The notes beneath the pieces are model-generated. The model ran no database searches and was not told the origin of the DNA. It was given only the letters and a program-made list of their open reading frames with translations. A stretch of 64,000 nucleotides of DNA. Origin: a bacterium (lineage in GTDB: Bacteria > Omnitrophota > Gorgyraeia > Zapsychrales > Zapsychraceae). Made by a program: the position numbers and the translations under genes. This document shows positions 17,517 through 27,710 of the stretch, piece after piece (within the stretch, counting starts at the first letter, position 1; every line of letters starts with the position of its first letter). The DNA lies in NCBI GenBank assembly GCA_030429765.1, contig JAUIER010000016.1, positions 38,017-102,016 of the forward strand. Reading direction: 5' to 3'.

Positions 17517-18028
17517 ATCCTGAGGAACTTATACGACAATTGAATCTCAAGGCCCATCCGGTTGAAGGTGGTTTCTTCCGGGAGACATACCGAAGTGAAG
17601 ACTGTATCGCGGCCGGCACCATCGCTGATCTTGACGAAGAGCGGAACTGCAGCACCGCCATATATTATCTGCTGACACCGGATACATTTTCTGAACTTCA
17701 TCGGTTAACCAGCGATGAGGTCTTTCATTTTTACGGTGGTGACGCCGTGGAGATGCTGCACTTGAGTCCAAATGGTACCAGTCAGGTGTTTCGACTTGGC
17801 GCTCATATTCTGGACGGAGAATTGTGTCAGCTTGTCGTGCCCAAAAATACGTGGCAGGGGTGTCGATTGGTCGACGGAGGGCGGTATGCCTTGTTGGGGT
17901 GTACGGTGTCACCGGGCTTTGATTTTAAGGACTATGAATCCGGATCAAGATCGGAGTTGCTCATGAAATATCCGGAACAAAAAGATCGAATTTTGAAGTT
18001 AACACATAAAAGAGGGGCCGATGTTTAA
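17513..18028 (+). CDS. Cupin-fold protein (DUF985-like)
   Basis: [14 protein letters not shown]...YYLL...FHFYGGD is the DUF985 cupin pattern. Confidence 0.5.
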   Translation: MNPEELIRQLNLKAHPVEGGFFRETYRSEDCIAAGTIADLDEERNCSTAIYYLLTPDTFSELHRLTSDEVFHFYGGDAVEMLHLSPNGTSQVFRLGAHILDGELCQLVVPKNTWQGCRLVDGGRYALLGCTVSPGFDFKDYESGSRSELLMKYPEQKDRILKLTHKRGADV

Positions 18029-18779
18029 AATAATTTCTTGGAATGTCAACGGGATTAAGTCAGCTGTCAGTAAGGGATTTTGTGATTTTGTGGAACAGGC
18101 TCAGCCGGATGTGGTCTGTCTGCAGGAAACCAAATCGCCTAAAGTTAAACCCGATATCAATATCCCGGGGTATGATATTGACTGGAATTATGCCCAGAAG
18201 CTGGGTTATTCCGGAACAGCTATTCTCAGCCGGCGAAAACCCCTTGCGGTCAGCTCTGATATCGGGATCGAGAAACATGATCAGGAAGGACGTGTCATGA
18301 CCGCTGAGTATAACAATTTTTACCTCGTCAATGTGTATGTTCCCAATTCCAAACGTAAGTTGGAACGGCTGGATTATCGGGTTAAGGAATGGGACGTTGA
18401 TTTTCTCAAATATCTCAAGAAACTTGAGAAGAGCAAGCCGGTCATATTTTGCGGTGATTTGAATGTGGCGCATACAGAAATTGACTTGGCCAATCCCAAG
18501 GGCAATGTCAAGAATCACGGCTTTACACCGGAAGAGCGGGCCGGATTTGATGAGATCATTCGGAAAGGATTTGTCGATACGTTCAGGTTATTCACTCCGG
18601 ATCCGGACCATTATACCTGGTGGAGCCCCATGAACAACTGCCGGGGGCGGAATATCGGCTGGCGCATCGATTATTTCTGTGCGTCTAAAGCGCTGGTCCC
18701 GCAGATCAAGAGTTCCCGAATTCTACCGGATGTCATGGGTTCGGATCATTGTCCGATTGAGCTGGTTCTTAAGGGCTGA
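18021..18779 (+). CDS. xth: Exodeoxyribonuclease III
   Basis: Xth/APE1 motifs are present: [48 protein letters not shown] and [11 protein letters not shown]. Confidence 0.9.
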   Translation: MFKIISWNVNGIKSAVSKGFCDFVEQAQPDVVCLQETKSPKVKPDINIPGYDIDWNYAQKLGYSGTAILSRRKPLAVSSDIGIEKHDQEGRVMTAEYNNFYLVNVYVPNSKRKLERLDYRVKEWDVDFLKYLKKLEKSKPVIFCGDLNVAHTEIDLANPKGNVKNHGFTPEERAGFDEIIRKGFVDTFRLFTPDPDHYTWWSPMNNCRGRNIGWRIDYFCASKALVPQIKSSRILPDVMGSDHCPIELVLKG

Positions 18780-18878
18780 ATTTGACGTAAATGGCTGTAT
18801 AGACAATATTTGTAAAAAGTTACGTAACTATGATATACTTAAAGATATTCCGACAATTCATCTTGGTAAGGTCACCTT

Positions 18879-19529
18879 ATGAACGAGCCCAATACGCCTG
18901 CAAATTCACACCTGTCTGCCGATCGCCGCGGTGATTCGGCGCCACCAGACAAATTGTTGTTATTCAACAACCCAATATTGAATCGAATTATTGTATTAGT
19001 TTTGTTAGCTTGTCTCTCAATCACTTGTCCTGTGTCCGGGGTTTATGCGGACGATTCAACGGAGGCGAACGGTGAGAATCCATTCGGACTGGAGATGTGT
19101 CATGATAAAAAATTGCGGGTTGCTTTTTTATGTGATCCGGACTGGGACTATCAGCTGGTTGAAGACGGCTTGCTGGTCATTATGTCCCGTGATCCGATCG
19201 TCACGATTACGTTTGCGCGTATCGATTCAGAGATTACGCATCTGCCGAAATTGAATAAGTCGGTGCTGTCCAAGAAAAATTTATATGAAAAAGGATTCCG
19301 GCGGGATTTGATGCAAATCAATGGCCGGGATGTCATTATTGTCCGGGCGTTTGCCAAAAAGGACGCGTCTCGTCGGGTGCTGGATCATTTTTTTATGCGC
19401 GACGAAAAATTGTTTGGTGTGTTGTTTTCGGTAACCCCCAAAGACAAATGGGACGAGTTTAAATTCAAGATTAAAGCCGTAGCCGACAGTATTTCATTTC
19501 CCGAGGATACGGCGGATAGTGACTTATAG
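18879..19529 (+). CDS. Membrane-anchored or secreted hypothetical protein
   Basis: A hydrophobic segment IIVLVLLACLSITCPVSGVYA follows a disordered N-terminus. Confidence 0.4.
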   Translation: MNEPNTPANSHLSADRRGDSAPPDKLLLFNNPILNRIIVLVLLACLSITCPVSGVYADDSTEANGENPFGLEMCHDKKLRVAFLCDPDWDYQLVEDGLLVIMSRDPIVTITFARIDSEITHLPKLNKSVLSKKNLYEKGFRRDLMQINGRDVIIVRAFAKKDASRRVLDHFFMRDEKLFGVLFSVTPKDKWDEFKFKIKAVADSISFPEDTADSDL

Positions 19530-20156
19530 GTTGGCGCACACGTCAAGGAGATCCTGGGGGGAATGAATCAGGTAGTCCGGATTATGTCGGGCCAGCGCGT
19601 CTTTGGAATTGAATCCCCAGCCGACAGCGATCATCGCGATCCCGGTTTTCTGCGCGGCCAGGATATCCCGAATTTCATCGCCGACATAAAACACATCTGA
19701 TAAATCGCGCTGTTTTTGCCGGATGAGGCGTTTGAGGCTTTGGCTTTTTCCAAAGACTTTGGACGTTGAGCTGATAAAGTCAAAGACATCCAGGTTGTGG
19801 TGCCGCAGAAATTCACTGACATTCTTGGCCGAGTTTGTGGTGATGATGCCCAATTCATAGCCGGCCTCGCGAAGCTCCTGCAGGGTTTCCGGTAAATGTT
19901 TGATGGGCTGGACCTGTTTGATTTCTTTGTGAAGTTCCTGCCTAGCCCGCAGCAGGATGCTGGGGACTTTGAGGACCGGGACCTTGAGATATTTGATTGT
20001 CTCTTCAACCGAGTTGTTTTTGAGGGGTTCGATGTCCTGCGGACGTATGGGGTTGAACTTGAATTCATCCGCTAACCGATTGCCAATATTGACAATATGA
20101 AGGAACGTGTCCGCAATGGTTCCGTCAAAATCAAAGAGAAGTAGCTGTTTTTTCAT
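19524..20156 (-). CDS. HAD-superfamily hydrolase (phosphoglycolate phosphatase-like)
   Basis: LLLFDFDGTIADT is motif I, GIITTNS is motif II and YVGDEIRDILAAQKTGI is motif IV. The ORF extends to 20249, but the HAD core begins at MKKQ, which is ATG 20156. Confidence 0.65.
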   Translation of the reverse strand: MKKQLLLFDFDGTIADTFLHIVNIGNRLADEFKFNPIRPQDIEPLKNNSVEETIKYLKVPVLKVPSILLRARQELHKEIKQVQPIKHLPETLQELREAGYELGIITTNSAKNVSEFLRHHNLDVFDFISSTSKVFGKSQSLKRLIRQKQRDLSDVFYVGDEIRDILAAQKTGIAMIAVGWGFNSKDALARHNPDYLIHSPQDLLDVCANL

Positions 20157-20281
20157 GAGATTACCGTCCGTCAGAATGCCCCAAGTATACAGGAAGCGGC
20201 CGGAATGTTCAAGCCCGGGGTTGCTTATTTCAAAACGTAATATTTTCATCCGGCGGATTATGTGGTATATTAGTTAAAAGC

Positions 20282-21775
20282 ATGAAGATCGATCATATTA
20301 AAGAACTACTAGAGTACGCGATAGAGCAAGAAGCCTCAGATGTCCATTTGGTCGTTGGAAGTCCTCCTGTAATCCGTGTCCATGGTGATATGACCGCAGT
20401 CGATGCGGATGTCCTGACCGATGAATCCATTCAAAAGCTGATCTATGACCTGCTCAACGAGGAGCAGAAGCGTAAATTGCACGAGAATCGTGAGCTGGAC
20501 AGTTCCTATGCCTACCGCGAAGACTACCAGTTTCGGGTCAATGCCCATTTTGAAAAAGGGCATATGGGATCCACCATTCGAATTACCCCATTGAACATCG
20601 ATACGATTCTGAGATTCGGACTTCCACCCGAGCTCAAAGACATTGCGCATCGGCACAAGGGTTTGTTTGTCGTTTCCGGAACTTCAGGAAGCGGGAAGAG
20701 TACCACGTTGACGTATATCGTCAATATGATCAACAACATGCGCAAGGCCAAGATCATCACGGTCGAGGATCCGATCGAGTACACCCATAAATCCAAACAA
20801 AGTCTTATCATTCAACGCGAAGTTTCGGTTGATACACCTTCATTCGCCAGTGCGTTAAAGTATTCATTGCGACAAGACCCGGACGTTATCGTTATCGGGG
20901 AAATCCGTGATTACGAGGCGATTTCTATGGCGTTGACCGCCGCGGAAACAGGTCACTTGGTATTAACGACCGTTCACGCGCCGGATGCGGTCGAAACCCT
21001 CAACCGTATCATCGACGTATACCCATCGGGATACCGAGAACAAATTTGTGCTCAGCTGGGGGGTAACTTAATCGGTGTTTGCTCGCAGACGCTTATTCCG
21101 AAAAAGGATTCGTCGGAACGGATCATGGCCACCGAATTGTTGCTATCAACGATCTCCATACGTAACCTGATCCGCCGCGGGGCGTTTACGGAATTGCGGG
21201 GTCAATTAGACTCTGAAGAAGATTCGCCGACGCACACCTTTGAGCGCTGTTTGTCTCGGCTCGTGTTAGATGGGAAGATTACCCGTGAAACTGCCGAATC
21301 GCACGCGCGATATCCTAATCTGTTGCAATTAGGTAATGAGCAGACATTTAAATTTAACACCTCGGCCAAGAAGGAAGGCAAGCGTTTGACGGCCGATGGG
21401 CGCGAAATCGATATGAATATCGACAAGGTATTTATTGTTGATCGAAGTGAAAAAGACAAGATCGAGATGGGCAAAGTTTTTAAAGATATCGGCTATATTA
21501 ACATTACCTATATTGCCAAGGGGGCTGATGCTTACGATAAAATTCTAGTGGAAAACCCTGTTATTGTCGTATTGGACACATTTTTTCCTGATGTGGACAG
21601 CTTTAATCTTTGCAAGATGATCAAGGACAATCCTGATCTGAATACGAAGGTCATTATGGTGACCGGAAACTTGCAGCCAACGGATCTGGAAGATGCAAAA
21701 TCTGCTGGTGCGGATGATTTTGTGGTTAAAACGTATCAGTATGATCTGTTAAGGAAAACGTTAGAACAACTGTAG
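20282..21775 (+). CDS. pilT: PilT/PilU-family type IV pilus retraction ATPase with a fused C-terminal receiver (REC) domain
   Basis: The Walker A is GTSGSGKSTT. Other PilT blocks are IITVEDPIEY, DPDVIVIGEIRD and AAETGHLVLTTVHA. A C-terminal ~120 aa region, KVFIVD...VVLDTFFPDVD...VIMVTG...VVKTY, has the CheY-like residue pattern. Confidence 0.8.
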   Translation: MKIDHIKELLEYAIEQEASDVHLVVGSPPVIRVHGDMTAVDADVLTDESIQKLIYDLLNEEQKRKLHENRELDSSYAYREDYQFRVNAHFEKGHMGSTIRITPLNIDTILRFGLPPELKDIAHRHKGLFVVSGTSGSGKSTTLTYIVNMINNMRKAKIITVEDPIEYTHKSKQSLIIQREVSVDTPSFASALKYSLRQDPDVIVIGEIRDYEAISMALTAAETGHLVLTTVHAPDAVETLNRIIDVYPSGYREQICAQLGGNLIGVCSQTLIPKKDSSERIMATELLLSTISIRNLIRRGAFTELRGQLDSEEDSPTHTFERCLSRLVLDGKITRETAESHARYPNLLQLGNEQTFKFNTSAKKEGKRLTADGREIDMNIDKVFIVDRSEKDKIEMGKVFKDIGYINITYIAKGADAYDKILVENPVIVVLDTFFPDVDSFNLCKMIKDNPDLNTKVIMVTGNLQPTDLEDAKSAGADDFVVKTYQYDLLRKTLEQL

Positions 21776-21787
21776 AAGGAGCGTAAG

Positions 21788-21994
21788 ATGGTAAAAGGAA
21801 AAGTAAAATGGTTCAGCAATCAAAAAGGTTACGGATTTATTACACCTGAGTCGGGAAAGGATGTATTTGTGCATTTTTCCGCCATTCAGGGTGACGGTTA
21901 TAAAATGCTCGAGGAGGGTCAGGACGTCGAATTCGAAATTATTGAGGGACCAAAAGGCGAGCAGGCGGCGAATGTCGTGAAGGCTGAGGCCTAG
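21788..21994 (+). CDS. cspA: Cold-shock protein
   Basis: [16 protein letters not shown]...VFVHFSAI are the RNP1 and RNP2 motifs of a cold-shock domain. Confidence 0.95.
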   Translation: MVKGKVKWFSNQKGYGFITPESGKDVFVHFSAIQGDGYKMLEEGQDVEFEIIEGPKGEQAANVVKAEA

Positions 21995-22842
21995 TCATTA
22001 ATTGACAGTTCTACCCAAACGGGAATATGATCGCTGGCTGATCGGTCAATGATTTTGCCGGCATTTACAGTTTCAAAATTTTTCGTAAAGATATGGTCCA
22101 AAGCGAACTTTCGGTTGGCCGTGTACCAGTATCGGTACGTCCAACCGAGTTCCTTTGTGGCCAGTTCAAATCCGTTTTCCTCCATCGGGGTGAGAACGGC
22201 GTAGTAGCCTACCTGTGTAAACGTATTAAAATCTCCCGCCACAATGCAATGCTCCACATTATCCGGAACGGAATTTAAGATTCGCTTCATTTGAAAACTG
22301 CGCACAAAAGGCTTTAACGAGATGTGCATATGGATGGAAAAGACCAGGACATTGTGTCCGTTCACGTCAAGCAGTGCGCTGGCCGCAATTCGCTGAAGTT
22401 TTTTATCATCTGCCTCGTCATCCGGCAGGATAATTTTATCGTCCCGTAAAATGGGCCATTTGGAGAGAATCGCATTGCCGAAGTTTTGTTGAGGGATGGG
22501 GTGGAAAACAGCGGGATAGTAGACATAATTGTAACCCAGGCGGCGGGCGATCTGCTCAACGCCGCGTTCATCCATCTCCTGCAGCAGTAAAATGTCCGCC
22601 CCAGCCAGTTCTGGATGCGAACTCAGAATGTCAACGGCCTCATCGATTTTCTTGGCAAAACGGATATTGTAGGTCACCGCCCGGATGGTGGTATTTTGGC
22701 TGGCTGTGGCCTCACTGATTTCAAAATTTGCATAGCGTGGTTCTATCGTTTGTGTATAATTAATACCGTACTTGGCGAGGCTACATCCGCTTGCGGTCAG
22801 CGCAGAAATCAGAATTGTTCCCAGCGTCAGAAATCTTTTCAT
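21991..22842 (-). CDS. Endonuclease/exonuclease/phosphatase (EEP) family lipoprotein
   Basis: The lipoprotein signal is [25 protein letters not shown]-fold motifs follow and end in [10 protein letters not shown]. The ORF could extend to 22863. Confidence 0.65.
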   Translation of the reverse strand: MKRFLTLGTILISALTASGCSLAKYGINYTQTIEPRYANFEISEATASQNTTIRAVTYNIRFAKKIDEAVDILSSHPELAGADILLLQEMDERGVEQIARRLGYNYVYYPAVFHPIPQQNFGNAILSKWPILRDDKIILPDDEADDKKLQRIAASALLDVNGHNVLVFSIHMHISLKPFVRSFQMKRILNSVPDNVEHCIVAGDFNTFTQVGYYAVLTPMEENGFELATKELGWTYRYWYTANRKFALDHIFTKNFETVNAGKIIDRSASDHIPVWVELSIND

Positions 22843-22936
22843 TTGAAATCTCTTAATCAACATTTAAGTTTGACTATAACCAGAGCGAACAGGGCTGTCA
22901 ACGCATTTACCTTGAAAATCCTGTCGTAACTGGCTA

Positions 22937-23743
22937 ATGCAACACAACAGAAAGGCAGACATGAAATTAACCAAGGACCTTGTTGTTTTGGACCTGGAAA
23001 CGACCGGAACGTGGGTCGACAAAGACCGTATCATCGAGATCGCACTGATCAAGATGAAACCGGACGGCACCCGTGAAGATATGGTCATGAAAATCAATCC
23101 CGGCATGCCGATACCTCCCGTGGTGACAGAATTAACCGGGATCAGCAATGGGGATGTTCAGAACGCGCCGCAATTCAAGACCGTCGCCCAGGAAATCCAG
23201 GCGTTTATCGGGGATGCCGATCTCGGCGGATTCAATATCGACCGTTTTGATCTGCCGCTCTTGAAACGTGAATTTAACGAGGCCGGTGTGGAATTCAGCG
23301 TCGCGAACCGTAATGTCTACGACGCGCAAAAGGTCTATCATATCAATGAGAAAAGGGACCTCTCGGCGGCGTATCAATTTTTTTGTCAGAAGGAGCTGGT
23401 CAACGCACATTCGGCGATGGCCGATACCGAGGCGACCTTGGAGATTCTCGCCCAGCAGATGGTCAAATATGGCGATGAGTCACCGGAATCCCTATTGCAG
23501 TATACCTATCAAACGTCGAACGAATTTTATGACAAAGAACGGAAGTTTCGCTGGTGGAACGGTAAGCTGTACATGATGTTCGGTAAGTACGCACGGCGTC
23601 ACAGTCTTGATGAGGTGGTCAAAAAAGACCGGGGTTATCTAGAGTGGATTCTATCGGCCAATTTCAGTCAGGATATCAAACTGCTCGTGGAAAATGCCTT
23701 AAACGGACAGATGCCGGTCTACGGACAAAAAATTGACTCATAG
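22937..23743 (+). CDS. DEDDh 3'-5' exonuclease (DnaQ/epsilon-like) with a C-terminal ~90 aa extension
   Basis: LVVLDLETTG is the Exo I motif and HSAMADTEAT is the Exo III H-x4-D motif. An alternative start is ATG 22961. Confidence 0.7.
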   Translation: MQHNRKADMKLTKDLVVLDLETTGTWVDKDRIIEIALIKMKPDGTREDMVMKINPGMPIPPVVTELTGISNGDVQNAPQFKTVAQEIQAFIGDADLGGFNIDRFDLPLLKREFNEAGVEFSVANRNVYDAQKVYHINEKRDLSAAYQFFCQKELVNAHSAMADTEATLEILAQQMVKYGDESPESLLQYTYQTSNEFYDKERKFRWWNGKLYMMFGKYARRHSLDEVVKKDRGYLEWILSANFSQDIKLLVENALNGQMPVYGQKIDS

Positions 23744-23754
23744 GAGGCTGTTTT

Positions 23755-24141
23755 ATGGCGACATTGTTCACAAAAATTATCAACGGCGAAATTCCCTGTC
23801 ATAAAATTCTGGAAGATGACAATTACTTGGCATTTCTGGATATTCGGCCGATCAATCCAGGCCATACATTGGTGATCCCGAAGATAGAGATGGATTACAT
23901 ATTTGATCTCAATGATGATGTGCTGTCCGGCGCGTTTGTCTTTGCCAAGAAGGTCGCGGGGATGATCCGTCCAGTGGTGTCCTGCCAGCGCATCGGCATT
24001 ATGGTGGCGGGATTGGAAGTGCCGCACGCGCATATCCACCTGGTTCCTATACATCAGGTGTCGGATTTGAATTTCGCCAAGGCCAAAGACACGCCGGCGG
24101 ATGAGTTGGCGGCAATGGCGGCCAAGATTACCGGAGCCTAG
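23755..24141 (+). CDS. HIT-family hydrolase
   Basis: The histidine triad is HAHIHLVP. Confidence 0.85.
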   Translation: MATLFTKIINGEIPCHKILEDDNYLAFLDIRPINPGHTLVIPKIEMDYIFDLNDDVLSGAFVFAKKVAGMIRPVVSCQRIGIMVAGLEVPHAHIHLVPIHQVSDLNFAKAKDTPADELAAMAAKITGA

Positions 24142-24143
24142 CG

Positions 24144-24620
24144 GTGTTTGAATGGCAGGATGATCTCGATCGGGTCTTTAAACATACCAGTCTGATTGGC
24201 TACGGGACATCCATGAGTGTGATCTTTTACGGCTTGATAGGATTCTTTGTCTTGAAGTATTCATCTCGGCCTGAGCCGTTTATATCGCCTGATAGTTTTG
24301 TTAAATCGATATGTGTCGGCATAGCCCTGGGATTTGCCGGCTTGGCCTGGTTTATCCGTGCTAAAATTCGGCAGGATCTGGAAGTTGGGATGATGTCGGT
24401 TGACGCGGCCTTGCGGCGGCTGCAAACCAGCACATTGGTGACCTATGGCCTTTGCGAAGGCATAGGTCTCGTCGGATTGATCGTGGCGTATTTAACTCAG
24501 TCGATTCAGGATTACTACCCATACGCATTTGCCGCGCTATTGGCCTTTAGTCTTTTCTTTCCACGATACAATGATTGGGAGCGAGTGATTCAGCGGCAAC
24601 AATCACGGGCGATCACCTAA
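24144..24620 (+). CDS. Hypothetical membrane protein
   Basis: Three predicted TM segments. I recognise no family. Confidence 0.4.
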   Translation: MFEWQDDLDRVFKHTSLIGYGTSMSVIFYGLIGFFVLKYSSRPEPFISPDSFVKSICVGIALGFAGLAWFIRAKIRQDLEVGMMSVDAALRRLQTSTLVTYGLCEGIGLVGLIVAYLTQSIQDYYPYAFAALLAFSLFFPRYNDWERVIQRQQSRAIT

Positions 24621-24665
24621 GTTTGAAAACGATCAGACTGATCACAACCATTAAAGGAGTAAAAC

Positions 24666-25094
24666 ATGTCGAAGCTTACGTCTAACAAACCGTCTGACTG
24701 GACCGATGATCAAAATGCGGTATGGAAATCTCTGGAGGACCACTGGGACCATTTGATCAGCAAAAGGGTTGATGAATTTATTGAGTACATTCATCCGGAT
24801 ATGGTGGGGTATGGACATGAAAGTCCGTTGCCCGTTGATCGGCCATGGTTGCACAAGTGGGTCGGGTTCTGGACCAAGACAACCGATATTGCGATTTGTG
24901 AGTTGAAACCGGTTGACATTCGCGTGCACGGTGACATTGCCGTTTTGCAGTATCTAATTTTTACCATTGAAAAAAACGAGACCGGCGGCAAGCATGTGAT
25001 CCGTCGGTACACGATGACATGGCAGCGTGGCCCAAAACACTGGGTGGTTATCGCGAGTCACAATAATTTGATGAACGAGACGCTCCGGGGATAG
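24666..25094 (+). CDS. SnoaL/NTF2-like fold protein
   Basis: The size and pattern fit DUF4440/SnoaL-like proteins. This is a weak call. Confidence 0.35.
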   Translation: MSKLTSNKPSDWTDDQNAVWKSLEDHWDHLISKRVDEFIEYIHPDMVGYGHESPLPVDRPWLHKWVGFWTKTTDIAICELKPVDIRVHGDIAVLQYLIFTIEKNETGGKHVIRRYTMTWQRGPKHWVVIASHNNLMNETLRG

Positions 25095-25188
25095 GGACAA
25101 ATACGGGCGAAATATCTCACTGGGTATGTCCTAGTGAGTCCATGTATGTCATATTGACAGAAATTCAGACGGGTGGCACAATACCGTC

Positions 25189-26841
25189 ATGCTTAACAAC
25201 ATGTTCACACCTACGTACACCAGAGTCGTGCTTACCACATTGCTCGCGGGACTGATAGCTGCACCCGCCATGGCCGAAAATTCCAGAGAACGAAGAATTC
25301 GTGAAATGGGATTCATTCCGATCACTGAGGTCTCGGCTGAAGACATTCCCGCCGAAAAAATCGAGTATGTGCCGGTTCCAAAGGTGATGGACATTCCGCA
25401 AAGCAGTCCGGCCCGAATCCGATCTACGTCAAACGATCGACTGGCTGCCAGATCCGAGGCGGATGTGTCGATCGAGGTCGCGCCGATCTATGTTTCTCCT
25501 AATAAGAACTCAGCCGGTGATCCGGTATCTGTGTCCACCGTTTCGCCGTCAGGTAACCTCGCGCCGATTATCGTTTCACCCAAGGGGTCGGAGATCGGAC
25601 AGGTTCAGTATGACGATCCATCGCTTAACCAACGGTTTAAGGCCGTGGCCACAGCCATTTGGGATACGGATGAACCGCGGACGCGAGCTGTTGATACAAG
25701 TAATCCGATTCACCGTCAGGAAGCACGGAATTATTACGGCTATGATGAACGCTCGGGGCAGCTCAAAGACGGCTTTCAGGGGGCGATGTTTGATGAGGAT
25801 CTTCACCATCAATACGCCGGTGGCGGTGTGGCGATGCCTGTGGGACAGGATGGCTACCACTATGACTATGAAAAGCCGATGCCAAATGAAGTTCTAGACG
25901 AATTTGAGCCCTATCCAACGATCGACTTAGACTATACCACGCGGGATAAGGGTTTGGGGCTTCCTTTATTCGATGCGCGGCTTCAGGTGACCGGAGGATA
26001 TCGTGTCGATGACCTGGACTGGAATATCGCGGCAGACCTAAGCGGTTCGGTTGAACCGAACATTCTCTCAGAGCTAACTTGGTCCGATCTTCAGATGTTT
26101 GAAGTCAAGGGGCGTGGTGAATTGGTGTTTTCGAATATCGCCGTGGTAGATTTCAAAGCCGGATATGCCTGGATCGTCGAAGGAGAAAACCAGGATTCAG
26201 ATTATTTCGGCAATAACCGTACACAAGAATTCTCGAGATCCTTATCGGATACGGATGATGGTGATGCTTGGGATTTGTCTCTTGGTGGAGGCGTGAGAAT
26301 CGCAATTAATCAGCCGCACGAGCTCTTCATGGTTGACCGTCTGTGGTTGACCTTGTTGGCGGGATACTCACAACACTCACTTGATGTTCAGGATAAGAAT
26401 TTGAATCAAATAATTCCGGATCTCGGAAATTTTGTAGATGGGCTTGATAGTCGTTACAATGCTGATTGGGAAGGTCCATGGCTAGGGATTCAGCTGGACG
26501 GGGCCAATCGAAATGATAAACTGTATGGCTATTTCAGAATTGAATACCACTTTCCAGATTATGAAGGTGATGCAACCTGGAATCTACGTGAAGATTTCGC
26601 CCAACCTTTGAGTTTTGAACATTGGTCTGACGATGGTTGGGGTATTGTTTTTGACATGGGTGGAAATTATCAGATTAATGACATCTGGAATTTTGGTTTC
26701 AGTCTCACATTGCAAGATTGGCAAATGGATCCGGGGCTTGATAGAGTTTATTTCAGCAACGGTACATCGGCGGATACCCGCCTGAATCAGGTTAATTGGG
26801 ACTCGCTCTCTATAGGCTTTGGCCTCACCGCAAGATTTTAA
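25189..26841 (+). CDS. Putative outer-membrane beta-barrel protein
   Basis: The signal peptide is TTLLAGLIAAPAMA. The sequence shows alternating aromatic and hydrophobic residues and ends in ...GFGLTARF, with a terminal Phe. Confidence 0.5.
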   Translation: MLNNMFTPTYTRVVLTTLLAGLIAAPAMAENSRERRIREMGFIPITEVSAEDIPAEKIEYVPVPKVMDIPQSSPARIRSTSNDRLAARSEADVSIEVAPIYVSPNKNSAGDPVSVSTVSPSGNLAPIIVSPKGSEIGQVQYDDPSLNQRFKAVATAIWDTDEPRTRAVDTSNPIHRQEARNYYGYDERSGQLKDGFQGAMFDEDLHHQYAGGGVAMPVGQDGYHYDYEKPMPNEVLDEFEPYPTIDLDYTTRDKGLGLPLFDARLQVTGGYRVDDLDWNIAADLSGSVEPNILSELTWSDLQMFEVKGRGELVFSNIAVVDFKAGYAWIVEGENQDSDYFGNNRTQEFSRSLSDTDDGDAWDLSLGGGVRIAINQPHELFMVDRLWLTLLAGYSQHSLDVQDKNLNQIIPDLGNFVDGLDSRYNADWEGPWLGIQLDGANRNDKLYGYFRIEYHFPDYEGDATWNLREDFAQPLSFEHWSDDGWGIVFDMGGNYQINDIWNFGFSLTLQDWQMDPGLDRVYFSNGTSADTRLNQVNWDSLSIGFGLTARF

Positions 26842-27022
26842 CCCGCCGCAACTATCCTTCCTCACAAAAAATACAAAAATTCATTGCACCAGTATCAACC
26901 CCTCCTATAATTAGATAGTATCTAGTATTGTGGCTCGTTCTTTTCAATAATACATTTGAGGTAAAATTCTGTCTGCGAAAGCCGCTGTTACCATAACGAC
27001 AATTTTAGTTTTCTCGGCACCG

Positions 27023-27706
27023 ATGTGGTGTTGGTCTGAAGTCGACCTGCCAACGGAAGTTTTGTCTGAGGATGTCATATCAGCCGAGCAGACAAAAGAC
27101 ACGGCAGTCATGGATTTACTGGCACAAGACGACTCAGTTCTCACCAGCACAAAAGCAGTATTGCTGGTTGAGGGGACCGCGTCGCTTCGTCACGATCCAC
27201 GTGCCGATACAGATCTCGACGTGATGGAACAGGTTTTAGACGACGTCAACCATAGTTTGGGTCGAATCGAGCGGGACATTCAAGCGCAGCCAGAGTTCGC
27301 GATAGCACAAGAGATTGAATTGAACGGGGATTTGACGGACCAAGAGATCGAGTCGACGGGTTTAGGTCCGGCAATCAAGGCACAGGCTCACAAAGAAAAA
27401 GATCTTGCCGAAATTTCCCGATCATCCGTCTTGATCAGTGCAGATACGGAGCCGGAGAAATTCAGCGAGTTCGAAGTGACAGTGTCCGCCGAATCACAGT
27501 CCCAAGAGAGTCTTGTGTCCATTGAACCGTCACCGGGATCGCGACTTATTTCATCGGGATCCAGTTTACGGTCAGATCCCAAGGTGGACCAGGCTGCGGA
27601 TTTTAGTCAGAAAATGGAAATACTGCAGTTGATATCAAATCAAAATCCACAGAATTTGCAGGATAATTTACTCAAAGACGATATGCCGGAAAAAACGGGA
27701 GAATAA
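27023..27706 (+). CDS. Acidic hypothetical protein
   Basis: 227 aa, rich in D and E. It ends 4 nt before the histidine-kinase gene. Confidence 0.35.
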   Translation: MWCWSEVDLPTEVLSEDVISAEQTKDTAVMDLLAQDDSVLTSTKAVLLVEGTASLRHDPRADTDLDVMEQVLDDVNHSLGRIERDIQAQPEFAIAQEIELNGDLTDQEIESTGLGPAIKAQAHKEKDLAEISRSSVLISADTEPEKFSEFEVTVSAESQSQESLVSIEPSPGSRLISSGSSLRSDPKVDQAADFSQKMEILQLISNQNPQNLQDNLLKDDMPEKTGE

Positions 27707-27710
27707 TCGA

